DNA from: Octopus vulgaris
Taxonomy: Eukaryota
DNA: 64,000 bases
Assembly: GCA_951406725.2 (NCBI GenBank)
Contig: OX597828.1
Span: 39,928,001 to 39,992,000, forward strand
Direction: 5' to 3'
Of the stretch, positions 14,118-27,209 are shown piece after piece. Below the pieces are notes generated by a model. That model saw only the letters and a program-made list of their open reading frames with translations, searched no databases and was not told where the DNA came from. A program made the position numbers and the translations under genes. How positions within the stretch are numbered: position 1 is the stretch's first letter; every line of letters starts with the position of its first letter.

Positions 14118-14904
14118 AAGAAGATTCAAAATATTTTGTGAACTGTTTATCATCTCTATCAGGCTTAACCAAATTGTTGTACTCTAATTTATCTCCCCCT
14201 TGTTAATGACTGAACTGACCACTAGAGTGACGGTTATTCTCATCAACTGCTATTTATGTCAAACATAAAACTTTTAGAATTATAAATGAGAAAACGGTCT
14301 TTTAGGGAATTATAGCTGTGAAAGGGGTCTCTTAGAATTATAGTGGTAAAAGGGGACTAGAAACTAAGAATATAAATAATTTTCTTTAAAGAATATATAA
14401 ATATAATAGATGTAGGTATGGTTATGTGGTTAGCAGGTTTGCCCTGCAATCATGTAGTTTCAGGTTCAATCCCACACTGCATCTTGAGCAAGTGTTATCT
14501 ACAATGATCCTGGGTCGTGCAAGCATGGGAAAGTGGACACTGGAGTGATGATGATGATTTTGGACATTAACCTTGTTTGTTCATTAGTTTTTATGTTTGT
14601 TCTTTTATGCAAGCATGGGTTGGACCAATGCATATTGAAGCACTGCCCTTCTTGTTGCAAATGTTTACCACTTTTTCAAGTAATGGATTCTATTTATATT
14701 CAACCCATCTTTGAAAGTGAAAACCTACAGGCTGATTTGTAACATAGAACACACCCGACAGGCTTAATTTATTATTGACAACTTAGTGAAGGCAGAGGTA
14801 TTGTTTTCAGTCATATTTGTTTGTTTGTCTGTGGACAAGATATCTTAAATCCCTTGTCAAGCCAGTACAACTGTATATGTGTGTGTGTGTATATATCATC
14901 ATTA

Positions 14905-15200
14905 TCATCGTTTAACATCCGTTTTCCATGCTAGCATGGGTTGGATGGTTCGACCGGAGTCTGGGAAGCCAGGAGGCTGCACCAGGCTCCAGTCTGATCT
15001 GGCAGTGTTTCTATAGCTGGATGCCCTTCCTAACGCCAACCACTCCGTGAGTGTAGTGGGTGCTTTTTAATGTCCGTTTTCCATGCAAGCATGGGTTGGA
15101 CAGTTTGAGAGAAGCTAATCAGTTGAATAGTTGTTCAGGCTCCCTGTCTGTTTCAGCATGGTTTCTATGGACAGATGCCCTTCCTAATGCCATCCACTTA
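14905..15200 (-). mobile_element. SINE/retroposon family C tails (two adjacent copies)
   Basis: ttccatgctagcatgggttgga...ctggatgcccttcctaacgccaaccact, with a (GAT)n tail on the minus strand. The tail is present twice. Confidence 0.75.
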
Positions 15201-15269
15201 TATATATAAAACAGTAAAGTTAGTGTTCTAAATTTGTATGTTGACAGGAAAGAAGTTTCTGATTAAATC

Positions 15270-15401
15270 CTGGTAGGGACACCATATTCCATTTTGCAAC
15301 CATAACACAAAAAATAGGACACAGTATCGACTTATAAATCTGTATGTAATACACTTAATAGTATACTATGGTTGCAAAATAAAATACGCTGTCTCTACCA
15401 G
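15270..15401. mobile_element. Short foldback element (MITE-like)
   Basis: ~35-bp imperfect inverted repeats ctggtagggacaccatattccattttgcaaccata / tatggttgcaaaataaaatacgctgtctctaccag. Confidence 0.6.
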
Positions 15402-16552
15402 CAATTAGTATTTACATAGCAGTTGCCAGGAATGTGTTTAATATGTAAAATTAGTCAATCCAATAGTGTGAAACCATTAAACTTAGTGGCTATTTAAGCA
15501 ATGTGTTTGTGGATGGTTAATGGGTCAGATGTGATACTGAAGAAGGAGCAAGAACTCCTAAAATATGTATATACAACCATTACCTATTTTCCTATCTGTG
15601 ATTGTTTTGTTTACATTGATGTATTCACATACATGAAACATTGTAACTTTCAGTGCTGGCTCTAAATTCTGTAGAAAATCTGTAGAGATAACTTAATAGG
15701 AATTTCTGATGCTCAAAAACAAAGGTTTTCTTTTGTGAGAGGGGAAAGTTTTCTTTTGTCTTTAGTTGATGAGAGTTTAGACACAGTTCAGAATGACAGG
15801 AAATAACCTTGGCTGGCAAAGCTGACCACAGCTGACTAATGCAAGGCATTTTGTCAGAGGTTCTGGTGTTCTAATATTTCTGCCAATCCACTGCTTAAAC
15901 GAGGAGGTCATATATATTAATAACACTAAAACAAGGCTACACATCAAGAAAAACTTCCACAGTGACATTTCATTTCATTTCCAAGTGATTGTAAACAATT
16001 TAATGTTTAAATATAAATAAAAGAAATGTTGAACTCAGTCATCTGAATTCTTAGCTTGTTAGTTGCTATTACTTAAAAAAAAAACCCCCACAAGAATGTA
16101 AACCAGTAAACAACTACTTATATAGCATTAAAATATACACACATCTCAATGATGTCTAATATAATTTCTACTTAGTCTAATCAACTGACAACTACTTGAC
16201 ATTATACCTACACCAAATTACTTAATTCATAGAAAAAAAAAAGGTGTGTATGTGTTGTGTGTATGTTTGTGGCGTAGAGAGAGAGAGAGAGCAGGACATT
16301 AACTCATCATATCAAAAGAACAGTTCCTCCTCTTTCTCCTTCTTACGGAATTCTTGGCACACCAGGAAAAATGCTTAGTGGCATTTCATCCATTTTTACA
16401 GTCTGTGTTTAAATGCTGTCGGGGCTGTTTTTGTTTTTCATCTTTTCAGGGTCAATAAAATAAGTACCAGTTGATTACCGGGGTCAACGTAATCGACTGG
16501 CCCTCTTCTTCAAAACTGCTGGCCTTATGCCAAATTTTGAAACCATTATTAT

Positions 16553-16810
16553 TTCTCTTTATCACAGGTTTCGTTGGAGCTCCTGGAGTCTTGCATGCAT
16601 ACTGGGCTTGCTACCTGTACCCTACAGTACCATGTTATTCACTCCTTTCAGCTATATAATACATTTCCTGATTATTCTGGCTGTGCCAAGGAGGCAAACC
16701 TTTTGTAACAGTTCTACTGGGCACTCTATTCCAATTTCCTTTATATTCCTCTTGATGCCTTCTGATAATGTTCCCAAGGACCCAACAGTAATTGGCGCTA
16801 TCTTCTTGTT
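16553..16810 (-). mobile_element. R4/Dong-like non-LTR retrotransposon, 5'-truncated 3' end
   Basis: 16810-16652 translates KKIAPITVGSLGTLSEGIKRNIKEIGIECPVELLQKVCLLGTARIIRKCII*, matching the end of the restriction-like endonuclease domain (VPVVIGALG...LQKxxLLGTARILRK). Followed by a short 3' UTR ending in (TAA)n. Confidence 0.8.
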
Positions 16811-16884
16811 GTAATTGACTCATCCCCTCCCCAAAATGGCTGCCCTTGTGGCAAACTTTGAAACCATTATTATTATCATTATCA

Positions 16885-17248
16885 TTATTACCTCCATCTT
16901 AGCGAAGGCAGAGGTATTGTTTTCAGTCATATTTGTTTGTTTGACTGTGGACAAGATATCTTAAGAACCGCTGGATGGATTTGGCTGAAACTTTCAGAGA
17001 TGTTTAGCCTCACGACTGACACAAACTGATTAGATTTGGGGATTGATCCGGTTCCGGACAAGGATTCTGGATTATTTTTGCTGTTTTTTTACTTAATTTT
17101 CGAGAGCAGTCAGGTTCATTTTCAGTATTCTCGTTTGTGAGAGCAGTCGAGTTTATTTCAGATATTCTCTTTTTAAAAATCATTTCTGGCTAATCGTTGA
17201 GAGGACGTTGGTGTTGCATTGGCAGAGGTTTGTGCTCTCTGAGTGTTT
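16885..17248 (+). mobile_element. Helentron-associated non-autonomous element (HINE-like)
   Basis: 5' ttattacctcc...ggcagaggtattgttttc, (TTTG)n, 3' ggcagaggtttgtgctctctgagtg-ttt subterminal repeat and small hairpin. A second 5' fragment lies at about 14780-14848. Confidence 0.6.
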
Positions 17249-17517
17249 GTTATTATTGTTATTATTATTATGTTTCTATCTTTACAAATCACTTCTTATT
17301 TCAGTATCTTAAACTGAATCTCACCAAGTGAATGTTGCACAACAAATCTAGATTTTCGTTAATAATGTCCACATTCCTAAATTGTAATCCAATGAAAGAC
17401 AGGCACTCCTATTTGTGTAACTGATAGCCAAAGAAGGAGAAGAGGGCAGGGGTCATGCTTACAATTTATATAAAGATAAGCAACAGTAGGAGTCTAAACA
17501 AACAATAATTATGATGC

Positions 17518-18155
17518 CAGCTGTAGAAACACTGCCAGATCAGACTGGAGCCTGGTGCAGCCTTCTGGCTTCCCAGGCCCCGGTAGAACTGTCCAACCCA
17601 TGCTAGCATGGAAAATGGACGTTAAACGATGATGACGATGACTTAGGCTTTCAGATAGCATCATCATCATCATCATTGTTTAACGTCCGCTTTCCATGCT
17701 AGCATGGGTTTGACGATTTGACTGAGGACTGGCGAACTGGATGGCTACACCACGCTCCAATCTGGTCTGGCAGAGTTTCTACAGCTGGATGCCCTTCCTA
17801 ACGCCAACTACTCCAAGAGTGTAGCGGGTGCTTTTACGTGCCACCAACATGAGGGCCAGTCGGACGGTACTGGCAATGGCCATGCTCAAATGATGTTTTT
17901 TTACATGCTACCTGCACAGGAGCCAGTCCAGCGGCACTGGCAACAACCTCACTCAAATAATTTTTTATGTGCCAGTAAGGCGACACTTGTAACGCTCGAA
18001 TGGTGCTTTTTACATGCCACCGGCATGGAAGCCAGTCTGCTGCTCTGGCAACAATCACGCTCAGATGGTGCTCTTAGCACTCCACTAGCAAGGATGCCAG
18101 TCATCGAATTTGATTTCAATTTCAATTTCACTTGCCTCAGCAGGTCTTTGCAAGC
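17518..18155. mobile_element. Tail-to-tail pair of family C elements (17518-17641 +, 17660-18155 -)
   Basis: Both end in catggaaa..ggacgttaaac(gat)n and face each other across about 20 bp. The longer copy has ~50-60 bp internal subrepeats (ttttacgtgccacc...). Confidence 0.8.
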
Positions 18156-18511
18156 AGAAGGCCTTCAAAACAAGGGTATTTCACTTTCAGAACAAAAGGA
18201 GGGAAATTCTAACAGCTAATGAACTCATTCAATGGAAATAAAACTATTTTAATGTGATATGAGGAATAGTGAAAGCAGATTTTGATGAACGTGGCAGATT
18301 ATAAAAAAGGAAAATGGAGTGTTTCTTACTTTTAAAGATAGAAAGTATTAGAAACTACAATAAGATTGAGAAAGTGGAAACAAAATCTGTGTGCCACAAT
18401 ATAGTAACATAAAGGATGTTATTAAACTGGGAACAATGTTCTAAAGAGCCAAGGACAATGTCTGTTGCAATTTAGGAGTACTTAAGCAGTAAAGTCAAAT
18501 GCAAGCATTAA

Positions 18512-18728
18512 CACTTTAGCATTCAGATTTTATCAAATGTAATCCTTATTTATTCATATTGTTTTGAATTAATCATACATTATTTTGTAGGTTCAAAATT
18601 CCTATGACATGATTGTGTATTTTTAGAATAATATTATAGGGAAAGTATGAGAGACTGGCTCCGGCTGGTTTGAATATGAAACAGGGAGAGCATTTGGGCT
18701 GGATATGGCAGGTTTAAATGCTAAGGGG
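18512..18728. mobile_element. piggyBac-type MITE, family A
   Basis: TTAA flanks; termini cactttagcatt / aatgctaagggg. Confidence 0.75.
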
Positions 18729-19949
18729 TTAAAAATAGTCACTAGATTTTGCAGGAAACAAGCGATTGGTCAAGACTAATTTCAAGTTGTGTAAAGTAAC
18801 AGAAATAGAAATACCTAATTCTATGAAGTTTTTAGTTTAGCATCTGAATTAGCACCATGAAAAGTTGTATGGCATGCTCTTTCTTATCAACTAGAATTAA
18901 GGTTGGCAGCGGTAGTAAAGAAAGACAAAAGAAAAAAAAACTCCACTTCTCTTGCTCTTTTTATCATAGAGACAAGGGGAAGAAACTGAAGACCTAGAAA
19001 ATATGACTAACAAACACAAAAGGAAACAAACAATCAGTTTGATGTCAAGTATTCTGCTTTACACACACAAACACTCATATACACATGTTTATCCATAACC
19101 ACAGTCTCTTGTAGTGCTTTGTTCTTTATCTTTAAGATACATCTTGTTGTGTAATATGCAATCTTTATACATAGCCTGGCATCTTTTCTTCCATAGAATG
19201 ACAAATTAATCATGGTAATACATCAATTGATCACAGATGGAGGTAAAATATGCCACTTCCTCTCAGCTGAATTTGACAGAAAAAGGGAAGACACTTGGAC
19301 TGCTTTCATCTTTGACAGCCAACCTCTAGACATCCACACTTCATACATACATAGATACATACATACATACCAGAACAACAGATTAAGTAGATTGTGCCTG
19401 GTCATTTAACTCTTTAGCATTTCTCTGTTAAATGTAATGCTTATCTATTCTTTTCCTTTATTTGTTTCAGTCATTAGACTGCAGGTTTGCTGAGATTACT
19501 GCCTTGAAGAATTTTAGTTGAATAAATCGACCCCCAATACTTTTTTATTTATTAAGCCTAGTGCTTATTTTATTGATCTCTTTAGCTGAACTGTTAAGTT
19601 ATGGGGACATAAGCACAACAACACCAGTTGTCAAGTGTTGATGGTGGGGACAAACACAGACACACGAAGAAACTTGTTGACTATAAAGTAAATCTTTACA
19701 TGCGGTCCTTCATTTTGAAAGATTGTAGATCTAACTTCTTTTATTGCTACAATAGTGTATACTACTATACTATATGGAGTACCAATAATTCAGTGCCTAG
19801 ACAATTCAGTGCCTAGATAACTCAGTGCTTGTAATATATGTAATTTATTATTACATTATATTGGTGTTGGTTGTATATCTAAAACACATGCACAGGCAAC
19901 TTACAAATACAGTGGTCATAGAATAGATTAAATTATACATAGCGTCGCC

Positions 19950-20267
19950 TTACCTATACATGAAAAACAACATTTGAGCATGGTCATTGCCAGTGCCACC
20001 GGACTGGCTCTCGTGCAGGTAGCACGTAAAAAACACCTTTTGAGTGTGGTCGTTGCCAGAACTGCCTGACTGGCCCTCGTGCTAGTGGCACGTAAAAGCA
20101 CCCACTACACTCTCAGAGTGGTTGGCGTTATGAAGGGCATCTAGCTGTAGAAACTTTGCCAGATCAGATTGAGCCTGGTGTAGACTTCTGGCTCATGAGT
20201 CCTCAGTCAAACCGTCCACCCCATTCCAGCATGGAAAGCAGACATAAAACGACAACGATGATGATGA
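19950..20267 (+). mobile_element. Family C retroposon
   Basis: gtggcacgtaaaagcacccactacactctcagagtggttggcgtta.gaagggcatc... ending in (GAT)n. Confidence 0.75.
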
Positions 20268-21193
20268 TATATATACACGATAGGCTTCTTTTAGTTTCTG
20301 TCTACCAAATCCACTCACAAGGCTTTGGTCAGCCTGTGACTATAGTAGAAAACACTTGCCTAAGATGCCATGCAGTGGGACTGAACTCAGAACCGTGCAG
20401 TTGGGAAGCAAGCTTCTTACCACATAGCCACATTGTTTTTGAATTAATCATACATTACCTTGAAGCTTTGAGGTTTTGACAAAGAATTTTTAATTTTTAG
20501 AATGATATTGTATGGTTGGTGTGAGAGGCCTGATCTGACCAGTTTGAGCATAAAACAGGCTAAAGTGTTAAATGATCACCTTTTGATCATAGTAGGACTC
20601 CGTTGAACCTAATCAGAGGCCACAGAACATGCACAGCAAAATAAATAATTGGACCTGTTTTACTTCAAACTACAATGGGAAAATATCCTTCTGTGATAAG
20701 AAGCCAAGCACCTGCCTCATGGGAGAAGGTGTTGCATTAGAGGGAAATATGGCTACCTTAAGTGGGGAGAGAGTGGAGAGAGGAAAGTGAGAGGGTGAAG
20801 ATGTGATAGGGAGGGGAGCAGGGGCTGTTCACTCAAGTTACAGAGAAGTGTATATAGGGAGGTGGACTGGAAGTTGGAGAGGGTGAGTTCATGAGATTGC
20901 AAAAAGAGGGCGGTAGATGGAGGTGGGGAGATGTTATGAGTGTACACAGATCAAGGGAGGGCATGTTGTGGGGAAAAGATTCAATGGGGATAACACTGTG
21001 TGCAGGTATAGTTTTATCTAATTCAAGTTTCCTTGTTGAAAATGGTTTATTTCATATCTTGAAAAATTTCTAAATTCTAATGACATAAGAAAGTGGGAGG
21101 AGGTGTTTTGTATCATTAAAGGATATTGTTTTAGATTTTAATGGGTCAGTGGGGCGGGGGACAGAATTGTGGACAAATGACACTGTGTCTTAC

Positions 21194-21531
21194 CTGTAAT
21201 GAGGATGATAAAGGACCACTTCCACCGACACACTGGTCACGTTCCCTGCATGGTGAGCCATCGGGGAGTTTGGGCAGTGAGGCAATCGGTCCTCTCATGC
21301 CACCGGGAGAGTTGTCCGGAAGTTTGAGAGGAGTGATTGTATTTGATACCCTACGGCCATGGGCTGGGCTGCATTCAACAGTTGCTACTTCAAGGATACT
21401 ACTGCCTGATGTAGAATCTGTTTGGCTCGCAGTGGTAACACCACTCGTGTCAACCAGATCGAACACAGGCTTGGCGAGCTCATAATCAAAATTGTCAGGT
21501 TCATTTGTCATACTCTGTTGTCTCTTTAAGG
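21194..21531 (-). CDS. Internal coding exon (second of three) of the same adaptor gene
   Basis: tttgcAG acceptor before 21531 and CAG|GTAAGA donor after 21194. 338 nt, phase 1 to 0. G from the previous exon plus CC gives Ala, then LKRQQSMTNEPDNFDYELAKPV...PLSSSLQ with no stop. GC-richer, non-repetitive sequence. Confidence 0.82.
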
Positions 21532-22665
21532 CTGCAAATATATAAATAAGAAATGAATAAGTATCATAGAAAAAAAAATTCCAATTTACAAAAAATGAAA
21601 AACAAACAGGGTTATATTAATAACCAGTTGAATACATCATGAGAAACAGACACTGTAGATAAAAAGAAATTGGCGTCATTTTACACTCACAAATAATAAC
21701 TAAAAATAAGTCATTGAACAACATCAACAGCATCATTAGTAATATAGGCTTGGCACATTTCATAACTTTCACTTTTTTTACTCTTCAACAACTTATAGTC
21801 TTCTATCATGCTTTTCACTTCCTGTGTTTAGATAGATATGACATAATCCAAACAAATTGTAAAACAACTCTTCTGCTATAACAATGCAATGCTTCAAACA
21901 TTTAAGCAATTGCAAGGATGGTTATGGTGACAGTGGGGGTTTATAACCTCAAAGAGGTTATGCCAGAGCAGCAACTGCTGTTGTAGCATTACAAATATGT
22001 AATTATTATGTTTTAGTTTAATTGGTAAATTGTTTCTATGATGGCAAATGTTTTTTAAACTCAATGCCACAGACATTTGCAGTTTAAAAAAAAGCTTGCC
22101 ACAATCAAAGTGCTGCACCTTGTAGACAATGAATGCACACAAAACTTTATTTACTTCAAACATAGCCTAGATGGAAATAAATACTACTTTCACACAACAC
22201 CATCTTCAAGACAGTCTTTCAAGTATGGTGCAATGTTCTCCAGCAATTCTCATGTAAAACAAAACAAAACTAAACAAACACTCAACTCTGTTGTCTAAAC
22301 AACCTTATTAACCAGAACAAAAAACTAATGTAAAATAATTAAGAAAGGAAAAGCCTGAATTTGGACAAAACTCAGAGGACTCTCACTGAAACAAATGCTA
22401 TATTATCTGACATACAAGTTAATGTAGTATATAGAGTAAACATGTAGGGTAAACATTAAAGCATTGTTACTATTGTTCTAAATCCTACTGCGTTTCACAT
22501 GAAATTTTTGGTCTTCCTAAGTCATCTTAGTGTACAAATTGATCTCCATTTTTTTGCTGTAGATTTTGGCCTGAAAATTTAGACTTGTGTGTTGGAAAAC
22601 ATGGTATTGCTAACTTGTTTTTGTTTAGTCTCAAGTAAGTCTTTCCATTCTTAATATCTTTTGAA

Positions 22666-22880
22666 GGCGGCGAGCTGGCAGAAACATTAGCATGCCAGGT
22701 GAAATGCTTAGTGGTATTTCGTCTGTCTTTACATTCTGAGTTCAAATTCTGCTGCAGTTGACTTTGCCTTTCATCCTTTCGGGGTCGATAAATTAAGTAC
22801 CAGTTGCATACTGAGGTCGAACTAATCGACTGCCCCCTGCCCTTCCCCCAAAATTTTGTGCCTTGTGCCTAGAGTAGAAA
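22666..22880 (+). mobile_element. SINE family B with alternative tail
   Basis: Family B head and body, tail ccccaaaattttgtgccttgtgcctagagtagaaaa. Approximate TSD tctta(a/g)tatctttt. Confidence 0.85.
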
Positions 22881-23330
22881 AAAATCTTAGTATCTTTTAG
22901 TTGTTTCAGGATTCCAAGGTTCAGAGTAATATCATGAAGAAATTTGAAGTTATAGGTGCAAGCTTGGCTCTGAAGTAAATGTTTGCTTCCCATGTGGTCT
23001 CAATAGATGAGTGTCTTGGGTGAGTGTCTTCCACTATAGCCTCAGACCAACGAAAGTCTTGTAAGTGGATTTGGTAGACAAAAACTGAAAGAATACTGTC
23101 TTGTATATATAATTGTTGTGTGTTTGTGCAAGTCTCCTTTTCTTGATATTGTGTGATATTTGTAAATTGAGTGTCACTCATTTCCAGTATTCTCCAAAAA
23201 TATGTCTGGCCATGGGGAAATATTACCTTGCTTGGAAATAGGTGAGGGTTGGCAACAAGAAGAGTATCCCAGCTGTAAGAAATTTACCCGAAATATATGC
23301 CATCCGAGCCATACAAAAGTGGATGTTAAA

Positions 23331-23368
<38 letters not shown>

Positions 23369-24669
23369 AAATCTAGTGAACTAAAAACGGATTTATATAT
23401 ATATCCTGTTAATGCACATAGGTGGGCTGCTACATGTGTTATTTCATTGCCGAATCTATGGTGTGGTTTTTATATTCCATCCCATAGTATGCGGAGGATG
23501 TAATTAATTTATTTATTTTATTATAATTGTTCTCATTATTTTTGTTTATTTACTTGAGTAAATTCAGCCTGTGTGTACGTGTGTGTGGTGTGTTTCAATT
23601 GCATGTTTTGAATGTGTTTATTTGAAAGAAAAAGAAGTGTATTTCCTATGGGACTGCGTACATGTGTGTGTGTGTACATGAGCGAGTGAGTGTATGCAGC
23701 CAGTTGGTATGCCATTGGATGAAATAGCATAGACGGATGAAATAGTTGGACGAAATATGTTTCTGGCCAGTGGTTTTATACACATGCATGCACATGATGG
23801 GCTTCTTTCAGTTTTCATCTACCAAATCCACTTACAGGCTTTGGTTGGTCAAGGGCTATAATAGAAGACACTTGCACAAGGTACTGCTCAGTGGAGCTGA
23901 ACCTGAGACCACACATTTAGGAAGCATGTTTCTCAACCACACAATCACGCCTACACTGATCACTGTGTCATTTATTCCTAATCCATTTTATCAAACATTT
24001 GACTGCTTTGTTATGTCATAACCATTCAGTTGTACAAAGGAAGGAGTGTCACTTATTTCCTGTTACGAGTTGCCTGTGGTGGCAATCAGAGTCATGTGCC
24101 TTGTCTGGAAGGATTACAACAACAATATTTGTTGCAAAGTTTTTAAATTCACCAACTGGTTAACCAGTTTAGCTCCTTCATTTCAAAGGGGACTGAAGAA
24201 TAACTGGAAGGGAACACATGAAAGCTATTGGTTTATGCTACACATTGATATATTGGGTGCGTGCAGGGGTGGAGGGCAGGAGGTGGTGTGTGTTGGATAT
24301 GATGTTTAAAAAAAAAACAAAAAAACCAAAAAGACCATAGAAATAATTAAACTGATATTAATATGAGTGAGAAATATATAAACAACAAAACATGGATGAT
24401 GATGAAAATGATGATGGTGTTGGTGGTGGTAATGGTAACAAATGGTGACAATGTGGGCTCACTTATGGTAGAGGTGTTTGTACATTTTGATAAATATGAT
24501 GATGATGAAGATGATGATGACGGTGATGATGACAATAACGATGGTATTACTAGTGACAATGACAATAATAGTCGTTAACTCAGCAGTGTTGATAAATCCA
24601 ATGCCGATGACAATGGTTATTAGGGTAGTAGTGTTGATAAGATTGAGAATGAATATAATAATAATAATA

Positions 24670-24705
<36 letters not shown>

Positions 24706-26313
24706 ATGACGGATGCTGCTGCTGTTGCTGATGACGAATGTGTTGATTCATGTGATAATGCCAGCGACAGCAACACAGACAAGTACAAACACAAATAACA
24801 AAAGGCAGCAGACACAAGAATGTGTGTATATCTGTGTGTGTGTGTGTGTGTGCATGTTCATGCGTGTGTGTGTGTCTGTGTGTGCATGTCCATGCATGCG
24901 TGTGTGTGTGTGTATTTATATATGTATATGTAAACAAAGCAAAATAGTGTGACTAGTAAATAGCTCTGTTACAGAGATTTGTTTGTTTATCATAGCTGTG
25001 TATTTAATGTTTCTCCTACCCCCCCCCCCCGTACATTTATTTAACCCCAGGAAGAGAATCCTGTCCTGATACATTTCAAATTCTCTTTCACTCACTCCCT
25101 GTCCATTACATTTATTTTTCTCTGACTAATTAATAAAGTCAATTTACATGGGAGAAGATGTAGCAGAACCACGACTGAATCGAATGGATGGGTTACATTG
25201 TCTTTCTCATCATTGGTCCTTATTTTATTGACACCCGGATTGATGAAACAACGGCTCTAGTTAACCCTAGTGCTGCTGCTGTTTCAATGTTAAGAAATGA
25301 AAAGCTACAAACTAAATACTGGATGGGGGACTGGGGTTGATGGGGGGAGAATAAAAAACTCATCTGGTGATTTTAACTATTTTTACAAACTCTTCATCCC
25401 GTTGTATCATTGCAATATTTATTGATGTAATAGCTTAAACCTATCCACATGAGCATCTTTCACATCACCATCATCATCATCATCATCATAATCATCATCA
25501 TTGTCGGTGTCACCCCCACCCCCACCACCACTGCATGTCAGCTTGACAGCATGGAATATTCGAATACAAAAGAAGTGGGTGTCATTGAAAAACAAAACTA
25601 AAAAAAAAATTAAAATCGAGATTAATACGATTAACAAGAGCACTAATAAGTAATCAATAAACTGGCGGGGTGGGGGTTGGTGGTGGGGGAAGGGTGGACT
25701 GGTTGCGAGGAAAAACAAAAGTGGACCCCCAGATTCATTTTGCAAGAATTCCAAGATCTGTGTTAAAAGAAACATTATAACCCCACTACCCATGCCTCCC
25801 TCCCTTCCTCTCACTATCCCCTACACACTTGTCTGAGAGAAACTAACAAACAAACAAAAAAAATCCTGCCTAAAGTAACAAGATATTGGCAAAAAAAAAA
25901 AAAAAAAAAAAAAGGGTAGGAGAGGCAGTAATAAGAAGGTTCAGAACAAAAGAAGGGGAAAAAACAGAACAGAAAGAAGTAAAAGACAGAATTAGCAGGG
26001 ACTGAAGACTGAAGGAAGCAGTGCCTTGCAGAGAAAATGCCCAACATTATTAGCACACACCAACCAGAGAGCAATGTGACAATAACAATAGTGGAAAAGA
26101 GGCTATTTTACTTCTTCGGTGTGACAGTAATGATAGAGATTAATAAACAGCCCTTTTGGGATCCTGTTTTAAAGCAACATCATTGATTGACTGCAACACC
26201 TCAGTCCCCTCTCTTTATCTTTTTTTTAAATCTTTTTTTTTAATCTTCTGCATACATTTCTGACACTTGTATTCACTGTAAGTGTGTATATTTTAATGTG
26301 TGTACATGTCTAA

Positions 26314-26383
<70 letters not shown>

Positions 26384-26398
26384 GTCTGTCTGTCTGAC

Positions 26399-26434
<36 letters not shown>

Positions 26435-26630
26435 ATCATAAAAGGGTGTGTGTATATATATCTATATATATATTTATATGTATGTATGTATGTATTCGCT
26501 GTATCTATGCCTGGCCGAGACTTTAAAGTTACTGTCAACAGAATTGTTTTTAAAAAATAATAAATTTGTACTTAGCCAAAAGTATTGAGTAATCCTTCAG
26601 TTTATGGAAATTGTTTTTATTATAACACAA

Positions 26631-26694
<64 letters not shown>

Positions 26695-26988
26695 CATATT
26701 ATGCCCAGACATATACATATACAAACATACATAATTGTATATTATAGACACACATGTATATATGTGTGTGTGTGTGTGTACACATTACATAGTGTGTGTG
26801 TGATTGTTTTGAAATATATTAAGTATAGGGAGAAGATGGTGTGACATGATATGACATGTTACAAAGACATGTCAACTAAAAAGAAAAACTGCCACCCTCC
26901 ACCCCCACCACTAAAACCCTACCAACTGAAACAAAAAAAAAAGAAAGAAAAAGGGAAAACAAATTCCTGAAATCTAACTACAATTTAA

Positions 26989-27209
26989 CCCTTTCGTTAC
27001 TAACCCGGCCAAAACTAACTCTGGCTCTGTAGTACAAATGTCTTGTTTTCGTAAGTTTTGCATCAAAATATACCACCAAACCTTAGTTGCAATTTATATT
27101 CCTAACACTAGCTTAATGATAGCTAAGTTATTTTACTAAATTCTTTGTTATATTTAAAATAATTAAAAGAAACACAGAGCATCTCAAAATAAATATGGCA
27201 ACAAAAGGG
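26989..27209. mobile_element. piggyBac-type MITE, family B
   Basis: TTAA|CCCTTTcgttac ... gcaacaAAAGGG|TTAA. Partial homologues at about 40000-40140 and 56790-56941. Confidence 0.8.

Noticed and set aside
24347-24952. Overlapping low-complexity ORFs (poly-M, poly-I, HT repeats)
   Set aside because: Produced by (GAT)n, (AAT)n and (TG)n microsatellites.
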